Shown here: piece after piece, positions 9,062 through 21,864 of the stretch
Layout of the letters: each line of letters begins with the position of its first letter
Position numbering within the stretch: the first letter of the stretch is position 1
Origin: Oscillospiraceae bacterium
GTDB taxonomy: Bacteria; Bacillota; Clostridia; Oscillospirales; Ruminococcaceae
Direction: 5' to 3'
Assembly: GCA_902790675.1 (NCBI GenBank)
Contig: CADASU010000005.1
Coordinates: 20,301-84,300 of the forward strand
Length of the DNA stretch: 64,000 nucleotides
Notes under the pieces: generated by a model
Databases searched by the model: none
What the model saw: only the letters and a program-made list of their open reading frames with translations
What the model was told of the DNA's origin: nothing
Made by a program: the position numbers and the translations under genes

Positions 9062-10387
9062 TTAATTTTCATTTTTACGCTCCCTAATAATAATTCTAAT
9101 TGGAGTCCCCTTAAATCCAAACGTCTCTCGAATTTGATTTTCCAAATATCTTTGATATGAAAAATGAAATAAATCCTTATTATTCACAAAAATAACAAAT
9201 GTTGGCGGTTTAGTAGAAGCTTGCGTAATATAATAAACTTTTAGTCTCTTTCCCTTATCTGAAGGAGGCTGAACCCTTGCTGTAGCATAAGAAAGCAATT
9301 CATTTAACGAACCTGTTGATATTCTTCTGCTATTTTGTTCATATGCCGAATCTATCAAACAATATAAATCTTTCAGTCTCTGACCTGTTTTAGCAGATAC
9401 ATATGCAAACAAAACATAGGACATAAAAGAAAAATCATTTTCCAATTTTTTATTAAATTCATTCATAGTATTCGAATCTTTTTCAACTAAGTCCCACTTA
9501 TTTAATACAACTATGCTAGCTTTTCCCTTTTCATGCGCATATCCAGCAATTTTAGAATCTTGCTCAGCAAAACCCTCTGTTGCATCTATTACTATAACAC
9601 ATACATCCGATCTATCTATTGCCATATGTGCACGCAAAACACTATAACGTTCAATGTTTTCTATGACTTTAGACTTTCTTCTTATTCCAGCAGTATCTAT
9701 AAAAGTATATTTTTTTCCACCATATTCAACTGGCATATCAACAGCATCTCTTGTGGTTCCCGCAACATTCGAAACAATGACTCTATTTTCTCCTGTTAGC
9801 ATATTAACTAACGATGATTTTCCAGCATTTGGCCTACCAACAATTGCAACCTTTATGCTATCATTACATAAATCATCACTATCATCTTCAGGAAAATAAG
9901 ATATAACCTTATCTAACAAATCCCCCAAACCATGTCCATGAACAGAAGAAATAGCAAAAGGTTCTCCTTGAGCCAAATTATAAAATTCATACAATTCCAT
10001 AGGAGGTTCTCCAACGGAATCACACTTATTAACACATAAAACTACAGGCTTATCAATTTTTTGCAGCATATTGGAAATTTCCATATCTGCAGAAGTAACT
10101 CCACTTCTCAAATCAACAACAAAAATCACAACATTCGCATTTAATATTGCAATCTCTGCCTGTTCCCTCATCTGCTCCAATATAGAATTATTTGTTTTAT
10201 TTTCAAATCCACCCGTATCTATCAAAGAAAAATTTACTCCACACCATTCACTTTCAGCATAAATTCTATCACGAGTAACTCCAGGCGTATCATCAACAAT
10301 AGACATTCTCTTGCCGACTATTTTGTTAAACAGCGTCGACTTTCCCACATTAGGCCTTCCTATTATAGCCACAATTGGCACAGACAT
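9062..10387 (-). CDS. der: Ribosome-associated GTPase Der/EngA
   Basis: Two tandem GTPase domains (GRPNVGKSTL and GRPNAGKSSL, DTGG/DTAG, NKCD/NKWD) plus a KH-like C-terminus. Start at the second ATG, 7 nt after AAGGAGG. Confidence 0.95.
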   Translation of the reverse strand: MSVPIVAIIGRPNVGKSTLFNKIVGKRMSIVDDTPGVTRDRIYAESEWCGVNFSLIDTGGFENKTNNSILEQMREQAEIAILNANVVIFVVDLRSGVTSADMEISNMLQKIDKPVVLCVNKCDSVGEPPMELYEFYNLAQGEPFAISSVHGHGLGDLLDKVISYFPEDDSDDLCNDSIKVAIVGRPNAGKSSLVNMLTGENRVIVSNVAGTTRDAVDMPVEYGGKKYTFIDTAGIRRKSKVIENIERYSVLRAHMAIDRSDVCVIVIDATEGFAEQDSKIAGYAHEKGKASIVVLNKWDLVEKDSNTMNEFNKKLENDFSFMSYVLFAYVSAKTGQRLKDLYCLIDSAYEQNSRRISTGSLNELLSYATARVQPPSDKGKRLKVYYITQASTKPPTFVIFVNNKDLFHFSYQRYLENQIRETFGFKGTPIRIIIRERKNEN

Positions 10388-10428
10388 AACCATGCCTCCT
10401 TAACAATACTATAAAAAATTTTTAAATA

Positions 10429-10457
10429 CAAAAATAGACGAGGAAAATAACCTCGTC
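10429..10457 (-). terminator. Rho-independent terminator after rpmF
   Basis: The minus strand shows GACGAGG, a 7-nt loop, CCTCGTC, then TATTTTTG. Confidence 0.6.
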
Positions 10458-10471
10458 CGAACTAATACCAA

Positions 10472-10654
10472 CTAAGCATCCTTTTCCACAATCTGAATAC
10501 CTTTGTAATAGCCACAATTTCCGCATACTCTATGAGGAGTTTTTAATCCTCCACATTTAGTGCATTTTGAAAAACTAGGCATACTCAATTTCCAAGAATT
10601 TGAACGCCTTTTATCACGCCTAGCTTTTGAAGTTTTTCTCTTTGGTACTGCCAC
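10472..10654 (-). CDS. rpmF: 50S ribosomal protein L32
   Basis: MAVPKRKTSKARRDKRRS N-terminus and a CxxC...CxxC zinc ribbon. Confidence 0.92.
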   Translation of the reverse strand: MAVPKRKTSKARRDKRRSNSWKLSMPSFSKCTKCGGLKTPHRVCGNCGYYKGIQIVEKDA

Positions 10655-10875
10655 TTTGCTGCGCCTCCCTTAAATTAGTAAAATCAAATATATCAAATAT
10701 AATAAACAAAATTTAATGTAAATAAACTTGACATACAAAAACACAAGAATAAAACTATTAAAGCAAAAAACAAGTCAACTACCAAATAAGTATATTACAA
10801 CTGAACAATTTTGTCAAGAATATATTCCAAAATAATCAATATAAATTTAATAACATTGAAACCAACTAAATAACC

Positions 10876-12213
10876 CTATTTCAACTTTTCCAAAAGTTTC
10901 TCACGCATATTTTCAAAGCCAGGTTTGCCCAACAAAGCAAACATATTTTTTTTATAATTTTCCACTCCAGGTTGATTGAATGGATTAACACCTAACAGAT
11001 ATCCAGAAATTGCACAAGCCTTCTCAAAAAAATATATCAAATATCCAACTTCATATTCATTAATTTCTGGCAACTCCAAGACAATATTAGGAACACCACC
11101 TTCAGTGTGTGCTAAAATAGTTCCCTCAAACGCTCTTCTGTTCACTTCGCTCATATTCTGGTTTGACAAAAAATTTAACCCGTCAAAATCATCTTCATCT
11201 TTGAAAATATAAAAATCTTTCCTTGGTTTTTTTATGTCCAAAACCGTTTCAAAAACAAATTTTGATCCATCTTGTATATATTGCCCCAGAGAATGAAGAT
11301 CTGTTGAAAATATAGCCGATGTAGGCAATATGCCCTTTCCATTCTTTCCTTCACTCTCTCCAAATAATTGCTTATACCATTCACTCATCATTGTCATAGA
11401 AGGTTCATAGGACACAAGCATCTCAACATGTTTTCCTTTATTATACAAAATATTACGTAAAGCCGCATATTTATAACAATCATTTTTTTCAATATCACAA
11501 TCTTTCAAAGCTTCATGAGCCGCCATAGCACCATCAACAAAACTGTCTATATCTAACCCAGCAACAGCTATTGGAAGCAAGCCAACAGCAGTCAAAACTG
11601 AAAATCTACCACCTACATCATTCGGAATTACAAACTGTTCATAATCATTTTTAACAGCTAATTCTTTCAATTTGCCCCTCTTAGCATCTGTTGTACAATA
11701 AATCCTGCGCTTTGCCCCATCTACACCATATTTTTTTTCCATTAACTTCTTAAAAACTCGAAATGCAATAGCAGGCTCTGTTGTTGTACCTGATTTAGAA
11801 ATAACATTAACAGAAATATCTTTACCCTCGCAGAGACTCAAAATTTCATTTAAATATGTAGAACTAATATTATTACCAACAAAATAAATCTTAGGCACAT
11901 CTTTTTGTAAAAGATTATGCATTTGAGAGTTCAAAGCCTCAATAACCGCTCTAGCACCAAGATAAGATCCGCCTATTCCTATCACAATTAAAGCATCAGA
12001 ATCTTGTTTTATTTTCTCAGAAGCCTTTTTTATTCTACTAAACTCTTCTTTATCATAATTAATTGGTAAATCCAACCATCCTAAAAATTCATTGCCCGCA
12101 CCTGTCTTTTTACTTAAAGCCTCATGAGCCGACTGAACCATAGGAAAAATTTCAAATAATTCATCACACGAAACAAATTTCTTAATATGGTTCGTGTTTA
12201 AAAAAACTGACAT
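10876..12213 (-). CDS. pgi: Glucose-6-phosphate isomerase
   Basis: Firmicute-type PGI of about 445 aa ([24 protein letters not shown]). Start trimmed to ATG 12213 after GGGGTG. Confidence 0.9.
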   Translation of the reverse strand: MSVFLNTNHIKKFVSCDELFEIFPMVQSAHEALSKKTGAGNEFLGWLDLPINYDKEEFSRIKKASEKIKQDSDALIVIGIGGSYLGARAVIEALNSQMHNLLQKDVPKIYFVGNNISSTYLNEILSLCEGKDISVNVISKSGTTTEPAIAFRVFKKLMEKKYGVDGAKRRIYCTTDAKRGKLKELAVKNDYEQFVIPNDVGGRFSVLTAVGLLPIAVAGLDIDSFVDGAMAAHEALKDCDIEKNDCYKYAALRNILYNKGKHVEMLVSYEPSMTMMSEWYKQLFGESEGKNGKGILPTSAIFSTDLHSLGQYIQDGSKFVFETVLDIKKPRKDFYIFKDEDDFDGLNFLSNQNMSEVNRRAFEGTILAHTEGGVPNIVLELPEINEYEVGYLIYFFEKACAISGYLLGVNPFNQPGVENYKKNMFALLGKPGFENMREKLLEKLK

Positions 12214-12346
12214 ATTAAACACCCCAGTTAAATTTACTAACATCCGCCCATATAATTCTACTTTAAATTCACAAAAAAATCAAGGCAAAAGTCAAATTTT
12301 ATATACACCAAACGCGTGCAAGTCCTTATAACTATTTATAATTTAA

Positions 12347-13513
12347 TTAAGAAATATTTTTATTTGACAAAAAGAAATCTTTTAACATTTCAACCATCAA
12401 AAATTTAAAATCCACTTTTTCAACGTCATCATCTACAACTATTTTACTTGAAAGCACTTCCTTCCCTTCCAACAAACATTTAACATTTCCAATACATCTG
12501 CCTTGTTCTGCTGGAGCTTCAATAAAATCATCTATTTCTAATTTGGTTTCAATTTTATTAGAATTATTTTTAGGCACTAAAACTGAACTAAGATTCGATT
12601 CAATTTTAATATCCGCAACATTTTTTTTGCCATTAACAACACTAATAGAATTTATATTCAAGCTAGATAAATCTGGAACTATCAATTTCCACCCTGAAAA
12701 ACCATAGTCCAACAATGCCCTACATGTATTAAATCTATCCTTAGATGTTTTAGATCCCATAGATACTGCAACTAATGTCATATTATCCCTTGTGGCAGTG
12801 CAGCACAAGCAGGACCCTGCATTATCCGTTGTTCCTGTTTTCAATCCATTACATCCTTCATAAAATCTTACCATTTTATTAGTATTAACTAATTCTACTT
12901 TTCCGTTTTTTAAACTGTCCATATATATTGAAGTATACTTAATAATCATAGAATGCTTAAGCAATTCCTTACCCAAAATAGAAATATCCCGAGCCGTAGA
13001 GAAGTGCCCATCAGCATCCAATCCAGAAGCATTGCAAAAATGACTATTGACCATACCTAATTCACTTGCCTTATCATTCATAAGACTAACAAAATTTTCT
13101 TCGCTTCCAGCTACATGTTCTGCAATTGCAACGGCCGCATCATTAGCAGAATTAACAGCCACAGCTTTTAATAAATCTTCAACTGACATTTGCTCTCCAG
13201 TATTCAACCAAATTTGCGATCCACCCATAGAATTAGCATGTTTACTCGCAGTAACCATATCTTGTAATGATATATCTCCTGCTTCTATTTTTTCAATCAA
13301 TAATAGCATTGTCATTATTTTTGTCATTGAAGCAGGTGGCATCTTCTCATCAGGATTTTTTTCAGTTAAAATTTTTCCGGTATTAGCTTCCATCAAAATA
13401 TATGAATTTGCTGGCAAATTACTTATATCTAAGTTTTCAGCTCTAACAGAAGCATAATTTACAAACACAAATAAAGATAAAATAAAAACACAGAAAAACT
13501 TTCTAAAAAGCAT
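12347..13513 (-). CDS. Serine-type D-Ala-D-Ala carboxypeptidase (peptidase S11, low-MW PBP)
   Basis: Signal peptide plus the S11 motifs SMTK (SxxK), SAN (SxN) and KTGT (KTG). Confidence 0.88.
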   Translation of the reverse strand: MLFRKFFCVFILSLFVFVNYASVRAENLDISNLPANSYILMEANTGKILTEKNPDEKMPPASMTKIMTMLLLIEKIEAGDISLQDMVTASKHANSMGGSQIWLNTGEQMSVEDLLKAVAVNSANDAAVAIAEHVAGSEENFVSLMNDKASELGMVNSHFCNASGLDADGHFSTARDISILGKELLKHSMIIKYTSIYMDSLKNGKVELVNTNKMVRFYEGCNGLKTGTTDNAGSCLCCTATRDNMTLVAVSMGSKTSKDRFNTCRALLDYGFSGWKLIVPDLSSLNINSISVVNGKKNVADIKIESNLSSVLVPKNNSNKIETKLEIDDFIEAPAEQGRCIGNVKCLLEGKEVLSSKIVVDDDVEKVDFKFLMVEMLKDFFLSNKNIS

Positions 13514-13614
13514 AAATGCACCTCTTAATTCATTAAGTCAATGCCATTTTATGCTAGCAATAAAAAAATATTCCTGAAATTTTTATCTATTCACTGATAT
13601 TATCATCAAGCACT

Positions 13615-14466
13615 TCATTTTTTCAACTTCAAAACATATGAAAACAAAAACATCAATATGAAAATTGACAAGAAAAAGTCTAAAGAAACTAAATCAGACA
13701 CATTCAAATAGTAATTTTTAGTAAGGCTAGTAGTAAAACTTAATATATATCTAGGCAAGGCACTACAAAAAATTAAGCAAACCGACAAAAAGCCAGTTAC
13801 AATCATATTTCTGTTTGTAGCCTTTGAGCAAAAACCTGTAAAGAATTTACTCATGCAAAACAAAAACATACAAATCGAGCATGATTTTAAAACATTCAGT
13901 GAATTTTCCTGAACAGAAAACATAATCATATTATTCAAAAATATGCTTATTAGCCTTATACACGCCCACAAAACCGGAAACAAAAGCAATATATTAGAAT
14001 AGCGCTCATTATCGCCAGACTTTCCTAATCTGAAAGATAAATATACAAATCCAACAGACAATAAAATATTAGCAATAAACAAGAAGATAGGAATATTCAT
14101 ATCTTTCACATCATAATTTTTCACATTAAATATAACAAAAAATGAATATAAAGCAGAAAATATAGCAACAAGAATCGACATAACTCTTAATAATACGTTG
14201 CTACTTAAATCAACTGCAATATCTTTAAAACACACAAATGAAATTACGAACAAAATTAATACTAATAGAATTATTCCACCAAAAAAGCAATAATTTAAGT
14301 AATCTGGGCCATTATAAAAACCTGTTCTATAATCCACAAAATTTATAATCTGATACGTTCTAACACTTACCAAAAACACCGTAAATATAAAGCAAACAAT
14401 TAAATTTGAAATCAAATAAAAATTTAATGACTTTTTCATTAGAATCACCCCTCCAAACAAAATCAT
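13615..14466 (-). CDS. Polytopic membrane protein, unknown function
   Basis: 283 aa with about 8 hydrophobic segments. Its start overlaps the stop of the upstream citrate synthase gene (ATGA). No family recognised. Confidence 0.5.
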   Translation of the reverse strand: MILFGGVILMKKSLNFYLISNLIVCFIFTVFLVSVRTYQIINFVDYRTGFYNGPDYLNYCFFGGIILLVLILFVISFVCFKDIAVDLSSNVLLRVMSILVAIFSALYSFFVIFNVKNYDVKDMNIPIFLFIANILLSVGFVYLSFRLGKSGDNERYSNILLLFPVLWACIRLISIFLNNMIMFSVQENSLNVLKSCSICMFLFCMSKFFTGFCSKATNRNMIVTGFLSVCLIFCSALPRYILSFTTSLTKNYYLNVSDLVSLDFFLSIFILMFLFSYVLKLKK

Positions 14467-15836
14467 CTTTCTGCCAATGGTTTATATGATATCTCCCTAG
14501 TAATAGACTTATAGGCAGGTCTAATAATTCTTCTGCCAGTTAATAATTCTTCCATTCTGTGCGCTGCCCATCCAGCTATTCTCGCAGTAGCAAATAACGG
14601 CGTATATAACTCAGGCGGTATTCCAAGCATTTGGTAAACTAAGCCAGAATACATATCAACATTTGACGATATAACTTTTTGAGTTTGTTTCTTTTCTGCA
14701 AAAACATGTGGTGACAATTTTTCAATATTTTCAATTAACTTAAACTGCGCCTCATATTCGGTTCCTTTAGCTAAACTCATTGCACATTTTTTCAATATAA
14801 CCGATCTTGGATCTGACTTCGTGTAAACCGCGTGGCCCATACCATATATTAAACCAGAACCATCTCCAGCTTTTTTATCTATTATTTTGCCCAAATATGA
14901 CTTAATCTCATCTAAATCTTCCCAATCACTAACGCCTTTTTGTATATCATTAAGCATAGACATCACTTTTCTATTAGCTCCACCATGCTTAGGCCCTTTC
15001 AACGCCCCTATAGCTCCTGCATACGCTGAATATGCATCAGTTCCCGTAGATGTTAAGCAACGACAGGTAAATGTGGAATTATTGCCGCCACCATGTTCGG
15101 CATGAAGCATAAGCATAATGTCGAGAAGGTGGGCCTCTTCAATTGTATATTTTCTATCTAAACGCAACGTAGATAAAATGCTTTGTGCAATACTTTCTTC
15201 AGGATTAATAGAATGTATAACCAAACTTTCCTTGTCGAAAGCTTTACATTTAGCATGATATGCAGAAATCATTATATTAGATAGCCTTGCTATAATTTCA
15301 ATTGCTTTTCTCAGCTCTTGCTCAATTGTTATAACATCAGCATATTCATCATAAGTATATAACGAAAGCAGCGACGACTGCATTTTATTCATTATATTTT
15401 TAGACGGCCTTTTTAATATAACATCTTCAATAAACCCATCAGGCAATTCTCTATACATTGCCAAAACGCCTTTAAAGTAATCTATTTCTTCTTTGCGAGG
15501 AAGCTCACCAAAAAGCAACAAATATATTACTTCCTCAAATCCAAATCTTTTTGTTTTAATGCAATCATTAACAATATCGTTTATGTTATAGCCTCTATAA
15601 ATCAGTCTGCCTTCTTCAGGCTTCTTTTCTCCCTCATCTATAACATATCCATGAACATTGCATATCAAAGTTAACCCTGCTAAAACTCCCGTTCCATCAG
15701 AATTTCTAAGCCCCCTTTTTACATCAAGAGTTGAATATAGGTCAGATTCTATATGATTATTTTTTTTAAATTCTCTACATAAAATATCTATAGCTTCTTT
15801 TTTTTTTGCGCTATAATTTGGTGTCTTTTTTTTCAT
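14463..15836 (-). CDS. Citrate synthase
   Basis: 457 aa with citrate synthase catalytic-region patterns LHAEHGGGNNSTF and GMGHAVY. Confidence 0.85.
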   Translation of the reverse strand: MKKKTPNYSAKKKEAIDILCREFKKNNHIESDLYSTLDVKRGLRNSDGTGVLAGLTLICNVHGYVIDEGEKKPEEGRLIYRGYNINDIVNDCIKTKRFGFEEVIYLLLFGELPRKEEIDYFKGVLAMYRELPDGFIEDVILKRPSKNIMNKMQSSLLSLYTYDEYADVITIEQELRKAIEIIARLSNIMISAYHAKCKAFDKESLVIHSINPEESIAQSILSTLRLDRKYTIEEAHLLDIMLMLHAEHGGGNNSTFTCRCLTSTGTDAYSAYAGAIGALKGPKHGGANRKVMSMLNDIQKGVSDWEDLDEIKSYLGKIIDKKAGDGSGLIYGMGHAVYTKSDPRSVILKKCAMSLAKGTEYEAQFKLIENIEKLSPHVFAEKKQTQKVISSNVDMYSGLVYQMLGIPPELYTPLFATARIAGWAAHRMEELLTGRRIIRPAYKSITREISYKPLAER

Positions 15837-16045
15837 TAACGTACCACTCCAAAACTAAATAAAAAATATTCATACTGAAATATAAAAATACGTATCATCT
15901 ATAACAGAAATTAATTATACAATATTATCCATTTAAAGTCAAGGAATCAAACTATCCAACAAAGCCAATATTATGCCAATAATACAAAATAAATATGCTG
16001 AGAAATAAATATTTAAAACTATAGAAAGGACTATTAAAATTTAAA

Positions 16046-16984
16046 ATGAAAAAAATAAAAATATTATCAATAATTTGCATTTTAGCAATCATTCCATTTA
16101 TTGGATGCATTTCCCTTAATAAAGAAACTACCCCACCCAATGAAAATCAGCTTACTAAAAACCTTCTGCAAGAAAAAGTTAAAATAATAGTAAATGATAA
16201 TATAAAAGAAACAACAATGGAAGAATATTTAATTGGGGTTATAGCTGCAGAAATATCACCAACATATCAAATCGAAGCAATAAAAGCTCAAATTATAGCC
16301 GCCCATACATATGCATTAAATAGATATGGAGAAACAGGGCCTTTTCCAACAAATCCTAATGTTTTTCAAGCATATATAAATAAAGAGCAACGACAAAACA
16401 AATATAAAAACAATTTTGAAAAATATGAAAAAATTTTCCAAGACGCTGTTAATAGCGTTGCAAACAAAATAATTACATACGACAATTTACCCATAAAGGC
16501 TGTTTTTCACCATATGTCTGCAGGGAAAACCGAAAACAGCAGTAACGTTTGGGGCGGATCAATTCCCTATTTAGTTGAGGCAGATAGCTCTGCTGAAACA
16601 AATTTACAAAGCTTTCATAAAACAATAACTATAAATATAAATGACCTATACAACACAATAAAAAAAGACTTTCCAGATGCAACAATATCAAATATAAAAC
16701 AAAATAATGTTAAAATATTATCGACATCCAAATCAGGCTATGTTACAAACATAAAAATTTTTAATATAGATCTACCCGGAACCAAATTAAGGTCCATATT
16801 AAAGCTACCTTCCACTAATTTTAGCATATCAATCGAAAACGACACTGTTATCTTTGACTGCAAAGGAAACGGCCATGGAGTAGGTATGAGTCAATGCGGA
16901 GCGAATGAATTAGCAAGTCAAGGAAAAAATCACGAAGAAATATTAAAACATTATTATAATGGAGTATCAATAACACTTTTATGA
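16046..16984 (+). CDS. spoIID: Stage II sporulation protein D (SpoIID/LytB domain)
   Basis: N-terminal TM segment, then [33 protein letters not shown] and [11 protein letters not shown], both typical of SpoIID. Confidence 0.85.
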   Translation: MKKIKILSIICILAIIPFIGCISLNKETTPPNENQLTKNLLQEKVKIIVNDNIKETTMEEYLIGVIAAEISPTYQIEAIKAQIIAAHTYALNRYGETGPFPTNPNVFQAYINKEQRQNKYKNNFEKYEKIFQDAVNSVANKIITYDNLPIKAVFHHMSAGKTENSSNVWGGSIPYLVEADSSAETNLQSFHKTITININDLYNTIKKDFPDATISNIKQNNVKILSTSKSGYVTNIKIFNIDLPGTKLRSILKLPSTNFSISIENDTVIFDCKGNGHGVGMSQCGANELASQGKNHEEILKHYYNGVSITLL

Positions 16985-19815
16985 TTATTATTTCTGAGCA
17001 TTTCTTTTAAATACTGCCCAGTATATGATTTTTTATTATCGGCAATTTGCTCTGGAGTTCCAGTTCCAACAATTTCTCCACCTTTGTCTCCACCATCAGG
17101 CCCAAGATCTATTATATAATCCGCCACCTTTATTACATCTAAATTATGTTCAATTAAAAGCACCGTATTTCCCAAATCAACCAATTTTTGTAATACACCA
17201 ATCAATTTTCTAACATCGTCTGTGTGAAGCCCCGTTGTAGGCTCATCTAAAATATACATAGTTTTTCCCGTCGATTTCTTTGAAAGTTCAGTTGCAAGTT
17301 TAACTCTCTGAGCTTCTCCTCCAGACAGTGTTGTCGCAGACTGGCCTAATTTAATATATCCCAATCCAACATCAGAAAGAGTCTGAAGTTTTCTTTTTAT
17401 TTTAGGATGGTGTTCAAAAAACAAAATGGCTTCTTCAACCGTCATATTTAAAACATCGTGTATATTTTTCTCTTTATATTTCACCCGCAAAGTTTCTCTA
17501 TTGTATCTTTTTCCCTTACAAACCTCACACGGCACAAAAACATCAGGCAAAAAATGCATTTCTATTTTTACAATACCGTCACCCTTACACTGCTCACATC
17601 TTCCTCCCTTAACATTAAAGCTAAATCTACCCGCGCTATATCCATACATTTTAGCATCACTTGTATTAGCAAATAGTTCTCGTATATCATTAAAAACTGA
17701 TGTATATGTTCCTGGATTAGACCTAGGAGTTCTTCCAATAGGACTTTGATCTATATCAATAACTTTATCTAAATTTTCAAGTCCTTTAACCTTTTTAAAT
17801 TTGCCCGCTTTAACTTTAGCTCTATTTAATTTAGCCGACAAATGCTTATGAATAATTCGATTCACAAGCGAACTCTTTCCAGAGCCCGAAACTCCCGTAA
17901 CACAAGTAAAAGTTCCTAAAGGAATTTTTACGTTAATATTTTTCAAATTATTTTCACTGCAACCAATAAATTCTAAAAATTTTCCATTTCCTTTCCTTCT
18001 TGCAGAAGGAATTTCTATAAGCTTTTTTCCACATAAATACTGAGCAGTTATAGATTTATCACAATTATACATTTCTTCAATTGGTCCGTTAAAAACAACT
18101 TCTCCTCCATGCACACCCGGTCCAGGGCCTATATCAACAACCCAATCAGAAGATTTTATAGTATCTTCATCATGTTCTACAACTATAAGAGTGTTTCCAA
18201 TATCTTTAAGTTTTTTCAATGTGTCTATCAATTTGTCATTATCTTTTTGATGCAGCCCAATAGAAGGCTCGTCCAATATATATAAAACACCAATTAATGA
18301 CGATCCTATCTGTGTTGCCAATCTAATGCGCTGACTTTCACCCCCAGATAAAGTTGCAGAGGCTCGAGATAATGTTAAATATTCCAAACCAACAGACTGC
18401 AAAAATTCCAATCTACCTTCTATTTCCTTTATTAATAAATCAGATATAAATTTTTCTCTATCTGTTAATTTCAAATCTCTTAAAAACTTAATTGAATCTT
18501 TTACGCTCATATTGGTAAATTCACTAATGTTTTTTCCGCCCACAGTTACGCTCAAAATTATCTCATTTAATCTATCTCCATTACACTCACTGCAAACAAC
18601 TTCATCCATATATTGAGAAATATCATTTTTAACCCATTCACTGTTGCTTTCTTTATATCTACGTTCTAAATTATTAACTATTCCTTCAAATGCTACATCA
18701 TATGTTCCATTAATATATTTAGTATTTCTAGAAATTTTTATTTTTTTTCCATTTGTTCCATATAGTAAAATTTTTTGAATTTTCTTCGGAAGCTCACAGT
18801 AAGGTGTATCTAAAGAAAAATTATATTCTTCCGACAAAGCTGTATAGTACATGTTAGCAATACTGTCCTTTTTACCATATGTCCATCCAGTGGCTGTAAT
18901 TGCTCCGTCTTTTATTGATAATTCTTCATTAGGCACAATTAATTCAGGATCTATCTTAGTAAACTTTCCAATTCCCATGCATGATTTGCAAGCTCCATAA
19001 GGATTATTAAAAGAAAACATTCGCGGAGTAAGTTCTTCAATAGACACACCATGCTCTGGACAAGCATAATCCTGAGAAAATAAAATATCATCTCCACCTT
19101 GTATACTGATAACAATAAGTCCATTAGTCAACTTAGAAACAATTTCTAAACTATCTGCCAATCTAGATCGTATTTTTTCTCCTACAATTAATCTATCCAC
19201 AACTATATCAATATTGTGTTTCTTGTTTTTTTCTAAGTCAACATCTTCGGAAAGATCATATAAAGTCCCGTCTATTCTTAATCGTATAAATCCATTTTGT
19301 CTAGCATCTTCAATTTCTTTAACATGCTTACCTTTTTTTCCGCGAACAATTGGCGCTAAAACTTGAATTTTTGTTTTTTCCGGCATCTCTAATATTTTGT
19401 CAACTATCTGGTCGATTGTTTGATGCACTATTTCTTTTCCACAAATCGGGCAATGGGGCACCCCTATTCTAGCATACAAAAGTCTTAAATAATCATATAT
19501 TTCAGTAACTGTTCCAACAGTAGATCGTGGATTTTTAGAAGTAGTTTTTTGATCGATAGAAATTGCGGGAGATAGTCCTTCAATATCATCTACATTAGGC
19601 TTTTCCATTTGTCCTAAAAATTGACGAGCATATGAAGATAAACTTTCCATATATCTTCTTTGTCCATCAGCAAATATCGTATCAAACGCCAATGAACTCT
19701 TTCCAGAGCCAGAAACACCAGTAAAAACAATCAACTTATCTCTAGGTATTTCTAAATTAATATCTTTTAAATTATTTTCTTTTGCTCCTTTTATTATTAT
19801 TTTATCCTTTGCCAT
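16954..19815 (-). CDS. uvrA: Excinuclease ABC subunit A
   Basis: Two ABC modules ([10 protein letters not shown] twice, LSGGE signatures) and CxxC zinc modules. Start trimmed to [11 protein letters not shown] (AGGAG upstream). Confidence 0.95.
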   Translation of the reverse strand: MAKDKIIIKGAKENNLKDINLEIPRDKLIVFTGVSGSGKSSLAFDTIFADGQRRYMESLSSYARQFLGQMEKPNVDDIEGLSPAISIDQKTTSKNPRSTVGTVTEIYDYLRLLYARIGVPHCPICGKEIVHQTIDQIVDKILEMPEKTKIQVLAPIVRGKKGKHVKEIEDARQNGFIRLRIDGTLYDLSEDVDLEKNKKHNIDIVVDRLIVGEKIRSRLADSLEIVSKLTNGLIVISIQGGDDILFSQDYACPEHGVSIEELTPRMFSFNNPYGACKSCMGIGKFTKIDPELIVPNEELSIKDGAITATGWTYGKKDSIANMYYTALSEEYNFSLDTPYCELPKKIQKILLYGTNGKKIKISRNTKYINGTYDVAFEGIVNNLERRYKESNSEWVKNDISQYMDEVVCSECNGDRLNEIILSVTVGGKNISEFTNMSVKDSIKFLRDLKLTDREKFISDLLIKEIEGRLEFLQSVGLEYLTLSRASATLSGGESQRIRLATQIGSSLIGVLYILDEPSIGLHQKDNDKLIDTLKKLKDIGNTLIVVEHDEDTIKSSDWVVDIGPGPGVHGGEVVFNGPIEEMYNCDKSITAQYLCGKKLIEIPSARRKGNGKFLEFIGCSENNLKNINVKIPLGTFTCVTGVSGSGKSSLVNRIIHKHLSAKLNRAKVKAGKFKKVKGLENLDKVIDIDQSPIGRTPRSNPGTYTSVFNDIRELFANTSDAKMYGYSAGRFSFNVKGGRCEQCKGDGIVKIEMHFLPDVFVPCEVCKGKRYNRETLRVKYKEKNIHDVLNMTVEEAILFFEHHPKIKRKLQTLSDVGLGYIKLGQSATTLSGGEAQRVKLATELSKKSTGKTMYILDEPTTGLHTDDVRKLIGVLQKLVDLGNTVLLIEHNLDVIKVADYIIDLGPDGGDKGGEIVGTGTPEQIADNKKSYTGQYLKEMLRNNNHKSVIDTPL

Positions 19816-19828
19816 TTTGTAAAAACTC

Positions 19829-21811
19829 CTATTTTTTATCAATCAACTTTTTTAACTCGTCAATTTTATTTCGAATTTGAATTGCATATTCAAAGTCAAG
19901 CATTTGTGCAGCATCATTCATTTCAACAGAAAGCTTATCAATCAACTTTCTTATTTCCTGCTTGTCTGTTTTCTTATCATAGTTAATTTCATTTAATTTT
20001 TCCTTTTGAGATATTTCAATAACATCTCTAATTCCTTTTTTAATGGTTTTAGGCACTATACCGTGTTTTTTATTATAATTCATCTGAATATTTCGGCGTC
20101 TCAAAGTTTCAGTAATAGCTCTTGCCATAGAGCCCGTAACTTCATCAGCATATAAAATAACTTTTCCGTTTTGATTTCTAGCAGCCCTCCCTATTGTTTG
20201 AATCAAAGAAGTCTCTGACCGCAAAAATCCCTCTTTATCCGCATCTAAAATAGCTACAAGTGAAACTTCCGGTATATCTAAGCCCTCACGAAGCAAATTT
20301 ATTCCAATCAATACATCAAATTCACCCAATCTAAAATCTCGAATAATTTCCATTCTCTCCATAGTATCTATATCAGAATGCATATATTTACATTTTATAT
20401 CTACATTTTCAAAAAATTCAGACAAATCTTCAGCCATTTTTTTAGTTAGAGTTGTAATTAAAGTTCTCTCGCTTTTTTCTGCTCTAGTTTGTATTTCCGA
20501 AATTAAATCCTCAATTTGACCAGAAACTGGTCTAACTTCAATTTCGGGGTCCAAAAGTCCTGTAGGCCTAATAACCTGTTCAATCATAGCTTTACTATGA
20601 CTTTTTTCAAAATCACTTGGGGTTGCGCTTACGTAAACAACTTGATTTATTTTATCATAAAACTCATCAAAATTTAACGGCCTATTATCGTAAGCCGAAG
20701 GCAGGCGAAACCCAAAATCAACTAAAGTCTTTTTTCTAGCATGATCTCCTGCATACATCGCCCTAATTTGCGAAAGCATAACATGACTCTCATCAATAAA
20801 CATAAGAAAATCTTCAGGAAAATGGTCTAAAAGAGTATAAGGAATTGAACCAGGCATGCGTCTTGCTAAAATTCTAGAATAATTTTCTATTCCCTTACAA
20901 AAGCCTGTTTCTCTAAGCATTTCAATATCATACATAGTCCGCTGTCTTATTCTCTGCGCTTCAACCAACATTTCATTATCGTTAAAATACTTAATTCTAT
21001 CCTTCAGCTCAGATTCAATATCATTTATAGCAACGTTCAATTTATCTTGACTAACAATATAATGAGACGCCGGGAAAATAGCAACATGCGACACTCTTTC
21101 TTGGACATTTCCAGTTATTGCATTTATTGTGCTAATTCTATCAATTTCATCGCCAAAAAATTCAACTCTAACTGCACTATCTGAAGAATATGCAGGAAAT
21201 ATGTCAACAACATCACCATGCACTCTAAATTTATTACGACTAAAATTAATATCATTTCGCTCGTATTGAAGACTTACTAGTTGATTCAACAAATCGTCTC
21301 TATTTTTTTCCATATTTTGCCTTAAGCTTATAACCATACTACGATAATCTATAGGGCTACCTAAACTATATATACAAGACACACTTGCTACAATTATAAC
21401 ATCTCTTCTCTCAGAAAGCGCACATGTTGCAGAATGTCTAAGTTTATCAATTTCATCATTTATAGATGAGTCCTTTTCAATATACGTGTCAGTTGAAGGA
21501 ACATATGATTCAGGTTGATAATAATCATAATACGACACAAAGTATTCAACTGCATTGTTAGGAAAAAACTCTTTAAATTCACTGCATAATTGTGCAGCTA
21601 ATGTTTTATTATGAGCTAAAACAAGTGTTGGCCTGTTTAACTTTGCAATAACATTCGCCATAGTAAAAGTTTTTCCAGAACCAGTAACGCCAATTAACGT
21701 TTGTTCTCTATTCCCGCTACATATACTATCAACCAAAGCATCTATTGCTTGAGGCTGATCTCCAGTAGGTTTGTATTTAGACTTTAATTCAAACTTATCC
21801 AAAACAATCAC
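19829..21811 (-). CDS. uvrB: Excinuclease ABC subunit B
   Basis: [13 protein letters not shown] helicase motifs and a C-terminal UVR domain. Confidence 0.95.
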   Translation of the reverse strand: MIVLDKFELKSKYKPTGDQPQAIDALVDSICSGNREQTLIGVTGSGKTFTMANVIAKLNRPTLVLAHNKTLAAQLCSEFKEFFPNNAVEYFVSYYDYYQPESYVPSTDTYIEKDSSINDEIDKLRHSATCALSERRDVIIVASVSCIYSLGSPIDYRSMVISLRQNMEKNRDDLLNQLVSLQYERNDINFSRNKFRVHGDVVDIFPAYSSDSAVRVEFFGDEIDRISTINAITGNVQERVSHVAIFPASHYIVSQDKLNVAINDIESELKDRIKYFNDNEMLVEAQRIRQRTMYDIEMLRETGFCKGIENYSRILARRMPGSIPYTLLDHFPEDFLMFIDESHVMLSQIRAMYAGDHARKKTLVDFGFRLPSAYDNRPLNFDEFYDKINQVVYVSATPSDFEKSHSKAMIEQVIRPTGLLDPEIEVRPVSGQIEDLISEIQTRAEKSERTLITTLTKKMAEDLSEFFENVDIKCKYMHSDIDTMERMEIIRDFRLGEFDVLIGINLLREGLDIPEVSLVAILDADKEGFLRSETSLIQTIGRAARNQNGKVILYADEVTGSMARAITETLRRRNIQMNYNKKHGIVPKTIKKGIRDVIEISQKEKLNEINYDKKTDKQEIRKLIDKLSVEMNDAAQMLDFEYAIQIRNKIDELKKLIDKK

Positions 21812-21864
21812 TTATTCCTTTTTAACTAAATAGGTTTCAAATAAAAGAAATATTAATTATTCCA

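Noticed and set aside
15952-16140. 62-aa minus-strand ORF overlapping the spoIID start region.
   Set aside because: It is a hydrophobic, low-complexity translation of AT-rich intergenic DNA and the spoIID 5' end, with no RBS and no motif.
16954-16984. 31-nt convergent overlap of the spoIID and uvrA 3' ends.
   Set aside because: Short convergent overlaps are common in compact genomes. Both C-terminal tails are non-conserved extensions, and nothing suggests a regulatory role.
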